Source: Octopus sinensis (Eukaryota). From it: a DNA stretch of 64,000 nt. A model generated the notes under the pieces. The model searched no databases and was not told the DNA's origin. It worked only from the letters and a program-made list of their open reading frames with translations. The position numbers and the translations under genes are program-made. The stretch spans positions 37,200,001 to 37,264,000 of the forward strand of contig NC_043000.1 in the NCBI RefSeq assembly GCF_006345805.1. Reading direction: 5' to 3'. The first letter of the stretch is position 1. Every line of letters begins with the position of its first letter. Positions 25,129 to 36,360 of this stretch are shown here, in pieces.

Positions 25129-26301
25129 GCATACAAATATGCCTCGTGCAATCTCTATCTCTCCTATCTTTCTTGGCATCCCTTTCACACAGCACATGTT
25201 ACAATAATGGAAAAATCTCAGATAAGCCAACCTGATTTCTCTACCTCCTTCCAAATATTCTCCATTTGCTCATTTTTTCCAAACCTGTACAACCTCTATG
25301 AATAGAGACCTTGACAATAACAGGCACTGGTACCATTGCATAATCTGTTAGAAATAATAGACAGATCTCCAAGAAATCAAAAAATGATAATGAATGAAAA
25401 CCAAACTAAAGACAGGATGGGCATGGATGGAATGCTTCCATGAGAGGCTTGCTCTATCAGAACTGGGCAGGGGCTAAAATATAACAGCAATAGCCAGATA
25501 CTAGGTCTGCTCTTTCAGAAATGATCAGTGGCTAAACAACGTCAATGATAGGCAGATCATAGTTTTGTTCTATCAGAAGTGACCTGTGGCTAAAGAACAC
25601 CAACACCAACAAATGTCTGTTTGATTTCCACTATGTGTACAGTGTTCAGTTTTTAAAAAGCTATAAAAGTCTAACAATAATGATGTTATATACAAGAACC
25701 AAGACCATTGCCTACTTCATTAATATAGTTAGTTATTTCTGTTAGCCAGTCTTACATTAGTACTAAGTAGAGAAGCTCTTTTGAAATGAAGTCTTGTTTT
25801 CATACCCAATAGTGATTTAATTATGAACTGTTACAAACTACAAAACCAAACATTACCTTGTGGAATTTAATTATCAAGTGTACATATTATTGGGTGATAA
25901 AGATGACGAGGTGAGTGGTAGTGTTGAGTGTGAAACAGTGATGGTGGTTGAGGTGGTGGTTGTGGTGGTGGTGGAGCATGAAAACAAATAGAAGTGAAAC
26001 CATTTATATTTATATACCAACAAGTTTGGAAATATTTCAGACAGTAAAAGGATATTTTATTTATCATTAACAAAGGTAGATTAATCTATGTAGATGAACT
26101 CAATATAATGGAACAGACTATTAGCTAAGAAAGCATAGTTTGTGTTGCTGTTGTAATTTGTTGTTGAGGATGGTGATGGTGATGGCAGCAGTGGCAATAA
26201 CTATGATGATGATGGTAGTAATATATTTTGGAAATTCTTGGGAGAAATGCTTATGAATGAAAACAAAGAGCAAATGTAGAATGTGTATATTTGTATAGAG
26301 A

Positions 26302-26551
26302 CAGTAACCCTTTGACTGTTACGTGTGTTATGTTCCAAAACCCCCAGCGACAGGTGAAAATCCACGACATAGAAACAGTACTGTACTGTAAATTTTTTTG
26401 TTTTTATTTTTATAATTTGTATATGTTTGTTTTATTATAAATACAAAACAACACCACAGAGGAATCGACAAGCTTAAATAATAAACTGCAATAGGTGAGC
26501 CGCGGCAGGTGAACCGTGATTAGTGAACCATGAAATGGCAAGGGATTACTG
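26302..26551. mobile_element. Tc1/mariner (pogo/Tigger-like) MITE
   Basis: TIRs cagtaacccttt / caagggattactg; TA on the right flank (left reads GA). Confidence 0.75.
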
Positions 26552-26894
26552 TATGTACAATGTGGATGAAATAAGTTTGTATCTGTGGATCTATACTTAA
26601 ACACAAACACACATGTACTCTCATACACACACACACACACACACACACATGCTTACTTATTCATGATTCTCAGCTCTTCATATCTGACAAGCATAATCTT
26701 TTCTTTCTTAACCTGTTTTCTTAACGGTGTTTTCAAAATTTAGGTATACACTCAATAAAATGGTATTCTCTCAATTTATAGCAATTGAAAAAAAAAAAAA
26801 AAAAATTAATAAGGTCATTTCCATTGCATGTAAATCCAACTGCCCTGTTTTCCTTGCTGTACCATTTTAATAATCACTATGTATGTGTGTGTGA

Positions 26895-27200
26895 GTGTGA
26901 CTTAGTGGTTAGGGTATGGCTCATGGTTGTTAGGTCATGAGTTCAATTTCTGGCTATGCCCTGTAGCCTTGAGCAAGACACTTGTTGCTCCAGTCCACTC
27001 AGCTGGCAAAAATGAGAAGTATCTGTATTTCAAAGGGTCGGCCTTGTCACATTCTGTGTCATGCTGAATCTCTCTGAGAACTACATTAACGGTATGTGTG
27101 TCTGTAGAGTGATCAGCCACTTGCATGTTAATTTCACAAGCAGGCGGTTCCATTCATCGGATCAACTGGAATGCTTGTCGTCATAACTGATAGAGTGCCA
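26895..27200 (+). mobile_element. tRNA-headed CORE-like SINE (another family)
   Basis: gtgacttagtggttagg A box, gagttcaatt B box, ccttgagcaagacactt...gttgctccagtccactcagctg. Confidence 0.75.
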
Positions 27201-27234
27201 ATTTATTTGCGCACACACATACTTACATACACAC

Positions 27235-27655
27235 ATGGCTTAGCTGTGTGGCTAAGAAGTCCACTTTGCAATCATGTGGTTTTAGGTTCAGTCCCACAGT
27301 GTGGTAACACAGTCAAATGTCTTCTACTATATCCCTGACAGGCCAACGCCTTGTGAATGAATTTCACTGAAAGAAACTAGAAAAAATCTCATCATGTGCA
27401 TGAATGTGTGTGTGTGTGTGTGTATTCCTTTGTCTTGACATTTTATGTTAAGTGTCAACAAGCAACACTGCATCCCTGGGAAACAAATAGCATCATTTAT
27501 TTGCAATCTTCCATGAGAATGTTAGAAACTAGGGAGAAACATCAACTTGCTTGGAAACAAGTGAGGGTTGGCAAGTGGAAGAGCATCCAGCTGTAGAAAA
27601 TCTACCTCAATGAATTCCATTGGAAAAGTAGACATTAAAATGATGAGATGATAAT
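27235..27655 (+). mobile_element. SINE B2: family B head with RTE-like tail
   Basis: Same architecture as 23575-23950. Confidence 0.8.
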
Positions 27656-28054
27656 TACATATTCAAAGGAAGTAAATGTTTGTTTACAGACAAAGAAAAT
27701 ACAAACTCAATACAAAAAGCAAGGTTTATAGTCTTTAGCTTCAAGATGACAGTTTAAAAGTTACAAACACTTGCTTTGAGTCAGGATTGAAAGCAAGAAG
27801 CTAGTTTTTGAATTTGTGAAGTATCACTTGATCATCATTATCATTTAGTGTCAGCCTTCCATGGCAGAATGGTTTGGGTGATCTGTAAGGAGCTTGCAAG
27901 CCAGAGGCAAGTACTTTTATGGCTGGATGTACTTCCTAACACAAACCACTTTCCAGAGGGGACTGGGTGCTTTTTACCTGGCACCACAAATGTATACCTA
28001 CATATACACACAAATGAATATATATGTGTGTGTGTGTTTATATATATACATATA

Positions 28055-28451
28055 GGTGTAGGAGTGGCTGTGTGGTAAGTAGTTTGCTTACCAACCACAT
28101 GGTTCCAGGTTCAGTCCCACTGTGTGGCACCTTAAACAAGTGTCTTCTACTATAGCCTCAGGCCAACCAAAGCCTTGTGAGTAGATTTGGTAGACGGAAA
28201 CTGAAAGACGCCTGTCATAAATATATATATGTATATATACATATATATATATATTTATATATATATATATATGTATATGTTTGTGTGTCTGTGTTTGTCC
28301 TCCCATCATTGCTTGACAACCAATGCTGGTGTGTTTAGATCCTTGTAACTTAGCAGTTTGGCAAAAGAACTGATAGAATAAGTACTAGGGTTACAGAGAA
28401 TAAGTCCTAGGGTCGATTTGCTTGACTAAATGTACTGCTCCAGCATGGCCA
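28055..28451 (+). mobile_element. SINE family B, nearly full-length
   Basis: ggtgtaggagtggctgtgtggtaagtag head, ggttcagtccc B box, internal (TA)n, tail ...tgctccagcatggcc. Confidence 0.92.
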
Positions 28452-28464
28452 GAATTCTTTAATT

Positions 28465-28552
28465 CTTTTATTTCTTTCAGTTATTTGATTGTGGCCATGC
28501 TGAAGCAGCACCTTTAGTCAACCAAATTGACCCTAGGACTTATTCTCTGTAA
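28465..28552 (-). mobile_element. Inverted SINE-B tail fragment abutting the preceding copy
   Basis: Reverse complement of 28391-28451 plus terminal tail. Confidence 0.85.
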
Positions 28553-28570
28553 TATAAATATATATATATA

Positions 28571-28990
28571 TCATCATCATCATCATCGTTTAACATCCAT
28601 TTTCCATGCTAGCATGGGTTGGATGGTTTGACTGAGGTCTGGAGAGCTAGCGGCTACACCAGGCTCCAATCTGATCTGGCAATGTTTCTACAGCTTGATG
28701 CCCTTCCTAATGCCAACCACTCTGAGAGTGTAGTGGGTGCTCTTTATGTGCTGCCACCAGCATAGGAGCCAGTCAGGCTGGCCTGGCATCTGCTACATTT
28801 GGATGTTGCTTTTTTATGTGCCACTGGCACGGGTACCAATCAGGCAGTCCTGGCATCGATTACATTGGATAATGCTTTTTATGTGCCACCAGCACTGGAG
28901 CCAGGCCGGGGTTACGGGCATCGGCCACAGTCAAAGGGTGCTTTTTATGTGCCACTGGCACAGGAGCCGGTCAGGCGGACCTGGCATCAA
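28571..28990 (-). mobile_element. Family C (RTE 3' UTR) with ~4 internal tandem units
   Basis: (CAT)n cgtttaacatccattttccatgc; repeated tgctttttatgtgccactggcac units. Confidence 0.9.
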
Positions 28991-30570
28991 GCATATATAT
29001 ATATATATGTATATAGATATATATATATATGCTGAAGAAGCAGATTGTTAATTGTTAGTGTTATTACTAATATCTATAAGTAGTAACCCCATTTGGTCAT
29101 CCAGCAATACCTGCCTTGTATGGTCTCCATCAAGTATATATGATGTTGGTACAGAGTAACTCTTGCCATCCAACAGCACCACTCCTTGTCAGGTTCTATG
29201 AGCTATATTCATTATTCTACATCAAGGGTGGGGAAACACCTGCTCGCAGAAACAACTGTGCCTATGAGTCTATTTTATTGTGCCTGCAGGCTGATATACT
29301 CAAATGTACAAAATATAGTAAATTTTTCAATCATAAAAATTTATACAATATTCGTATACCTATTTGCAACATAGGTCACATTTCCTCTACAACTTAAAAT
29401 GGTCAGAAATTGTCCAGTAATTGCCATTTGAATAGAAATTTTGTTTTCACTATAAAACACATATTGCTAGGTTATGCCACCCCCTTGAGACCCAACTACA
29501 CTTTAGTTGAACAAAACAGAATGCCTCATATGTAATATAAATGTCCTAAATTCAGTGGTAGTGTTAATGAAGATGTTACATGTTAATTTAATGTGTTAAT
29601 CTTATCTTTATTAATGTATATCAAATTATACATAGATATATACAAGATTTACACAGATATAAGAGTTAGAACCTGTGATCTGCTCGTGGACCTTAGAAAA
29701 CTTTTACCTGCTGCTCTAAAATGTTTCCCCATCCCTGCCCCTACATCTTCTAAATTACAGAGATTTAATAGTAATATATGTCATATATATTACTATTAAT
29801 ATTTGTTGACATTCAAAGAAAGGAACCTGAAACTTAAAATCAGTTTCCTGTTACTGACAGACTGTTAGTGTATTAAATTATAGAGGCCTCAGGACAGGGC
29901 AAATAAAAAGGGTTTTTTTAAAATTTTTATCTGGTTCTTTTTTTGCTGTTGTGCTCGTTTTTAGAATGTTCAAAATAAACTAATTCTGTGCATTTAAATT
30001 TAAATGTTTAATATTTTAATATTTTATGTAAATCTGTTTGTTGAGGCCAAGTAAATGATATTTAGCCTTGCATTCGCTTGAGAAGATGGAGATATGGTGA
30101 AGGTTAGCTATGCTGGTACAGAAATATTAGCAGCATAGTAATGGTTATGGTGGTGGTTGTGGTGTGGTGGATAGTAGAGAGATGGTAGAGATTGGTGGTG
30201 CAGAGATGTTGGTGAAATGGCAGAGGTGATAGTGTGGTGGTTGAGATGTAAATGAGAGTTAATGGAAACAAATTAGAAAAGATCTCCAATGAATTAGTGA
30301 TAACAATCACTAGACTCACCATGACCACCTCAGTCACTAAGACCATCACAACACCAATCACTACAAAAAAAAAACAACTACTACAACCATCATCATCATT
30401 ATCATTATCGTCAACCTCATTTTAACAAGATTTTTTTTCAATGAAGTCTTGAGTTAAACAATAAATGTGATAGTGTCCTTTTCTATTTTTGTTTTTAATT
30501 AAACTGAGAAACAGAAAAAATAAAAACCATAGAAGAAAGCAACAGTTAACAAAATAAAGTAAGAAAATTG

Positions 30571-30612
<42 letters not shown>

Positions 30613-30964
30613 AAATAGCATAAACGAAAGTAAAGTTGGTAATCAGCAGAAATCATTAGGCCCATTATATACATCTCAACTAGAATTATGTTATGCAAAT
30701 AGTAGCCAAGGGGTGAAGTTATTAGTATAATTAGAAATGTCAGCTTTTTCAGTGCCAGGCCTTTTTAGGAAGCATGGTTTAGTTTTCTCTTTCTGTCTTG
30801 CCATATCTACCAGAAATGTTAAAACTTGCAACTCAACTACCTTACAATTTTTCCTACAATCAACAGACTAACTTTACTTTTCTGCCATCAATAATGCATC
30901 TCAACTCAGTCAAAGGGTCTTGTTTTGTGAGTTATTTGGTAACCCCACAATCTAATACCATGAA

Positions 30965-31148
30965 AAAAAAGGCACCCAGTACACTCTGTAAAGTGGCTGG
31001 CATTAGGAAGGGCATCCCAGCCAGAGAAACCATGTCAAAGCCAACACTGGAGCTCAACACAGTTCTCTGGCTTGTCGAATCTTGTAGAGCTGTCCAACTC
31101 ATGCCAGCATAGGACATGGACATTAAATGATGGTGATGTTGATGGTGA
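30965..31148 (+). mobile_element. Family C-like RTE 3' end (older subfamily)
   Basis: gcacccagtacactctgtaaagtggctggcattaggaagggcatcc...gacattaaatgatggtgatg. Confidence 0.8.
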
Positions 31149-31216
31149 TCATGATGTTGGTATAGGGAAATATTGTATCTTCACTACATAAGACTGACAA
31201 CTATATGATATCTTAC

Positions 31217-31382
31217 ATCTGCTTGCGATACCAGAGGGCGCACACTCTCCTATCCTGATGTATTCTCCAGGGATACAGGCATCCAGCAACAGGACCTCCA
31301 TAATGCTACGATGGACCGTGAAGTCTGGCGTAACATAGTAAATTCCATTGTCTCGACCACGGTCGAACAATGATGATGATGA
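31217..31382 (+). mobile_element. RTE-clade LINE ORF C-terminus with (TGA)n tail
   Basis: Translates ..DTRGRTLSYPDVFSRDTGIQQQDLHNATMDREVWRNIVNSIVSTTVEQ*, the RTE-type ..DR..WR end. Confidence 0.8.
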
Positions 31383-31949
31383 CTTTTGATATATATAATT
31401 TATCAGCACTTCCTTAAATTTCTACACCTGTCAAACCCTACATACAAGGATACTTTACTACTGCGGCATTTAAAAGTTCACAAAATGTTATTTTACCTAT
31501 CCTAACAGATTGGTTTCTTAAACTAACGAGGAAACATTTATGGGACCACTTAACCTGCAAGAAATAACAACTAAATATAGGCTCCCTCAAACACATCTAC
31601 TATCTTAAAAGCAGGAAAAGGCACTTTAGACAGTGTGATTTTAAATAACCCTAAAAAGATGGGATGGTCAACACCAGATCATGGGTTTGCTGAATCAGGG
31701 AAGACCTGGGGTTAAACAATAGCAACAACTGGCTGGTCTCTATGCTGTCTCCCTTGTATTATGGTATACATGTCATCATAAAAGACTCCTTATCTAACTA
31801 TAGGCTTTGTCTAATGTTTCTTTAACATCAGCTATCTTTACAGTTACCAAATATTTACAGCATCAAATCACAGAGTTCAAAAGAGACAGATTAATACAGG
31901 TTATCCAGGTCAAGTTAATGAGCTAAAAGTGAGATATTAGAGATGAGCA

Positions 31950-32170
31950 ATCACCACCACCACCACCACCAGCATTGCTTTCATCAACATCCTCTCCACC
32001 ACTGCTACCATTGCTATCATCATCATCACCACCTCCACCACCACCACCACCACCATCACCACCACCACCACCTTCATCATCATCTTCACCACTGACTGCT
32101 ACCACCATCCCCATTTTCATTATCATAATAACTACCACCATTACCTCTACTACCACCAACACCACCACCA
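31950..32170. repeat. Degenerate (CCA/TCA)n tract
   Basis: Direct reading; source of poly-G/P ORFs. Confidence 0.9.
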
Positions 32171-33309
32171 AACACAGATATAGAATAAGTGATGGCTCAT
32201 AATCGGAATACCAAACTAAATTCTATTTATAATTGATGAGCTCCGTATTGGCTTATAGACCTAACTTTGAATAGTGCCAAGAGAGCCAAATGTGATTTAG
32301 CTTTTCATCTTTGTTCAGCTTAAAAGGAAGGTCAATAAATTAAGCATTAAAAGTGATAAACAACAACAAAAAAGCTTTCTTTTTTTATTAGAGCCAAAGG
32401 CCAAATAAGTTAAGGGTGGGATGCTTCCCTCAGCAATATCAGTAGATAGAATATAAAAGAAAAGTGATGTGGTTTCAGTTAGGAAGTGAAACTGTGTTGC
32501 TGTATTGACACACTAGTAATGAACCCAGCTTAGCTTTTATTCAACAATTCTCATCAAACAACCTAAAACCAAAGTAGGGGCCTCTACATGATTGATTGCC
32601 TTGCAAGAAATAACAACCAAATCTATCACATCAAACCCTAATATTATTGTTTAAGAAAAAAAAAAATTATATTTATAAGATAGTTTAAGATAAATTATGA
32701 TATGATGGTCATGACCTGAATGTCTTTGATCATACAGGTCAGCTGGATCAGGGCTAAACAATAGGAACATGTTGAGTGTGTGGTTGATTCTTCTCACTTG
32801 ATTAAGGATCAGCTGAAACACAATCAACCAATAGACAGGGGGAATTAGAGAACCACAGCTAGTTGTAACACTGCCATTCTTACCACCACCATCACCACAA
32901 CTATCACTGACATTCTCCATCTTACTCCGCTCACTCTCCACCACCTGATCAACTGATTGACCAACTGTCCATTAACAAACTTGGCTCCTATATTTTATTC
33001 TCAGAGATAACAACTTCTTTTCTGAATAAATCTATCATGAAAAGAAATCAAATATGATAAAGAAATTAATTGCCAGCCACCAATACTTAGTTGCACGCTA
33101 TCCAACCTTATTAAAGATTCATCAATATGTACCAATATTAAATGATATGCTCTTAGCTGTATTTGTATTTGTAGTTGTAAGGTAGCGACAGTCATAAAAA
33201 CTATTGTCTACTTTGTTACATCTCAAATATAGTGATAATATCATAGAGGAAAGGCTTGCTTATTTGCTCTGCAACACCGTTGTGGTAATTTTTGTTGATG
33301 AGATGGTCG

Positions 33310-33605
33310 GTTGTTGCTGTTCTCATCTCCTAGCATTAAGCTGCTTCCTTCCCTACTGTAGCCCCACTTAACTGACGGGAATCTTAGCCTGTCAAGCTGC
33401 ATGGTAACTTTGCTAGTGCTGGTACTACAAACGAAACACCTTATATACTTTGTAAAATAGCTGGCATTAGAAAGAGCATCCAGCTGTAGAAAGCCTACCA
33501 GTACACATTGGAGCATGATTTAGTCCTCACATCCACTGAATCCTGTCAAACCATCCAACCTATGCCAGCATGACAGATGGAATGTTAAAAGAAGATGATG
33601 ATGAC
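33310..33605 (+). mobile_element. Family C-like RTE 3' UTR (older subfamily)
   Basis: ggcattagaaagagcatccagctgtagaaa...ccatccaacctatgccagcatg...(GAT)n. Confidence 0.7.
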
Positions 33606-34240
33606 AATGATGAAGAAAAAGTCTGGAGAAAGTAGAGGTGGTCTGCATCAACAAAAATTATGCAGTGAAGCTGTTAAGTCTGGATGAGTTTGTATGTTGT
33701 GCAGAAAAAAAGATAGCGATAGTTAGAACTGACACTTTCATCTTCAACAAATTTTTTTGTGTCAGCTAATGCATCAGTTCTGTAATGTTAGATTCTTCAT
33801 CTCATGAACATAGCTAATTTCATGACCATGTTTCCTTCCTTTATTTAAGGCTATAGTGTGTGATTGAGGGACATTTAGCTGCCAGCTGGGCAATGCCAAA
33901 TTAGAAGCTGTCTGATTGGCTTACGTTGTGTTTGGTGATGGTAGTGGTTGTAACGATGTTAAGGTACTTTCATAGGCCTTGTGGTAGTATTGTAGTTCTT
34001 ATTTCCATGCTTTTGTTACTGTAGTTATGGCATTTTGCTAGTGTACTTATTACTTCCATTGCAGTGACACACTCTATTTTGTCCTTAATTCTTTTAAGAT
34101 GATGAGTTGCAATTTTGGGGAGATTTGGCTGATATTGCTAACAAGCACAGTGACTATGAAAAGGCTTCTTTACTGCTGTTGCTTTTTATTATCCTCAAGA
34201 AATATTTTGAATAAATTCCCCTCCTACATCTGTCCCTTAA

Positions 34241-34462
34241 CCCTTTTAATACCAACCCACATGAAACCACCTCTGGCTCTTTTGGACAAATGTATTGTTG
34301 TCAAAAGTTCTGAATTAAAATCTTCACCCAAACCTTAGCCATAATTCATGATCTTAATGCTAGCTTAATGATAACAAAGTTATTTTACTAAATTTTTTGT
34401 TATATTCAAAATTAATTGAAAGAAACACAAAGCATCTCAACAGAAATATGGTAACAAAAGGG
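34241..34462. mobile_element. piggyBac-like MITE
   Basis: TTAA|cccttttaatacc ... ggtaacaaaaggg|TTAA; 222 bp. Confidence 0.85.
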
Positions 34463-34589
34463 TTAAGCTATTCAAAAGCAAGCCATCATCACAAATGAGA
34501 ATGACTTGATTGCAAGAGTGACCTTGTTTTTGCTGATTGTTTTAAATGACTATGTAGTGGTGATCAGACATAATCATCCTCTCCCTATC

Positions 34590-34790
34590 ACCTTCTAACC
34601 CAGTGGCATATGCTGGATGTGATAGCTGCCGCAATACTCAAAACAGTGTTCATTTTTCGCAGAGTAGACTGAAACCACACAAAATGAAGTGCCTTGATCA
34701 AGGACAGAACATGCAGCCTGGTCCAGGAATTGAATTCACAATCTTGTGATTGCAAACCAAACACCGAAAACCACAAGGCCACATACCTAC
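34590..34790 (-). mobile_element. tRNA-headed CORE-like SINE
   Basis: Minus strand gtggccttgtggttttcggtg...tgaattcaattcctggacc...ccttgatcaaggcacttcattt; related to 52020-52310. Confidence 0.65.
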
Positions 34791-36014
34791 ACTCATAAGC
34801 TATACACTTGTATTGTTTGTAGGTATGGAAAACATCATTAATTGCTGTTGTTGTAGTTTTATGGTGGTGACGTGGCCATTTAGTGACTGTAACTGATGTT
34901 GCCGACAGTATAATATCTCATATCATTAAAGTGAACAATAACCAGAGAGACACACACTGATGATAATAGTAATAGTGGTAGTAATGATGGTAACATATTA
35001 TGTAAATAATGATGAGGAGGAGGAGGAGGAGAAGGAGGAGGGGGAGGAAATGGAGTAAAAGAATTCAGAAGAGGCAAAAAATAAAATCCTGGCAGTGAGG
35101 TCTTTGCAGATGTTATTATTGCATCTTTTAAATGTTTACATACATGATGATGATAGTGATAGTGATGATGATGGTGATTATGATGGTGGTGTTGGCGTCG
35201 TTAATGGTGATGATGGCCACAACAGCAGCAGCAGCTGCAACATATGAAATGGATGTAATATTAGTAGAGCTGAAGGTGATAATGATGCTAATAGAACTGG
35301 TGGTGAAACTATGAAGTTCTATAATGAATGTAATGCTAGTGCTAATAACTACTTACATACATACACATATGACATACACACACACATACGCATATGCACA
35401 TATGTATACATATACATATATATATATATGATATACACTCACACACAAATAGTTAACAAATTTTCTCAATATTCTTTCTTCTTTTCCTCCTGCTTCTAAC
35501 CTTCTCCTCCATATCCACACATTTTTTTTCTTCATTATTGATCAATAAATTCATAAAAGAGACGGACAGACAGACATCCAAATGGCCAGACTGATTCAGA
35601 TGTTCAAAGTAAGTCCAAAGTCCTTTGTTTGGAAATTAAAATTCAATAGCATTTATCTGTAGAGTACGGTGGACAAATAACGTTACAGCAACGCCATCAC
35701 CATCTACAATGTCCTGAGCACGGTAGATGATGTGATCCTGGGTTCATTGTATACAGAAAAAATATAGACTGGTCAAAGTAGCAACATAGGTCAGCTCAGT
35801 CAGGATTGACAGAGAACAACAACTGCAATTAACACAATTTCACCTATCAACCACAACAACTATCTCCCAATAGCATCATCGTCGTCATCATCATCATGCT
35901 GGCATGAGATGGACGGTTTGACAGTTGTAATATGTTACAGACTTTTGGCTGTATGATACAAATAGCAGTCATGTGCTGAGGTTGATTCAGTTATCTCCAC
36001 TACTCATCTATATG

Positions 36015-36303
36015 TGGAGGCACATAGCCTAGTGGTTAGAGCAGCAGACTGGCAGTCGAGGGATCACGTGTTCAAATCTCATACTAGGTGATGTATGTGT
36101 TTATGAGTGAAACACCACGCGGCTCTGGCAGAAGATAATGGTGAACTTCTGCTGACTCTTTTGCCACAACTTTCTCTCACTCTTTCCTTCTGCATCTAGC
36201 AGCTCACCTGTGACAGACCAGCACCTCATCCAGGTGGGGAATCTATATGCTAATGAAACCGGGAAGCCAGCCCTTATGAGCCAGGCTTGAGAAGGAACAA
36301 CAA
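36015..36303 (+). mobile_element. tRNA-headed SINE with V-like domain
   Basis: gcctagtggttagagcag A box, gttcaaatc B box, cctgtgacagaccagcacctcatccaggtgggg, (AAC)n-like tail. Confidence 0.7.

Positions 36304-36360
<57 letters not shown>

Noticed and set aside
35582-35614. Micro first exon MARLIQMFK|GTAAGT on the + strand
   Set aside because: Only nine codons and a donor; expected by chance at this scale
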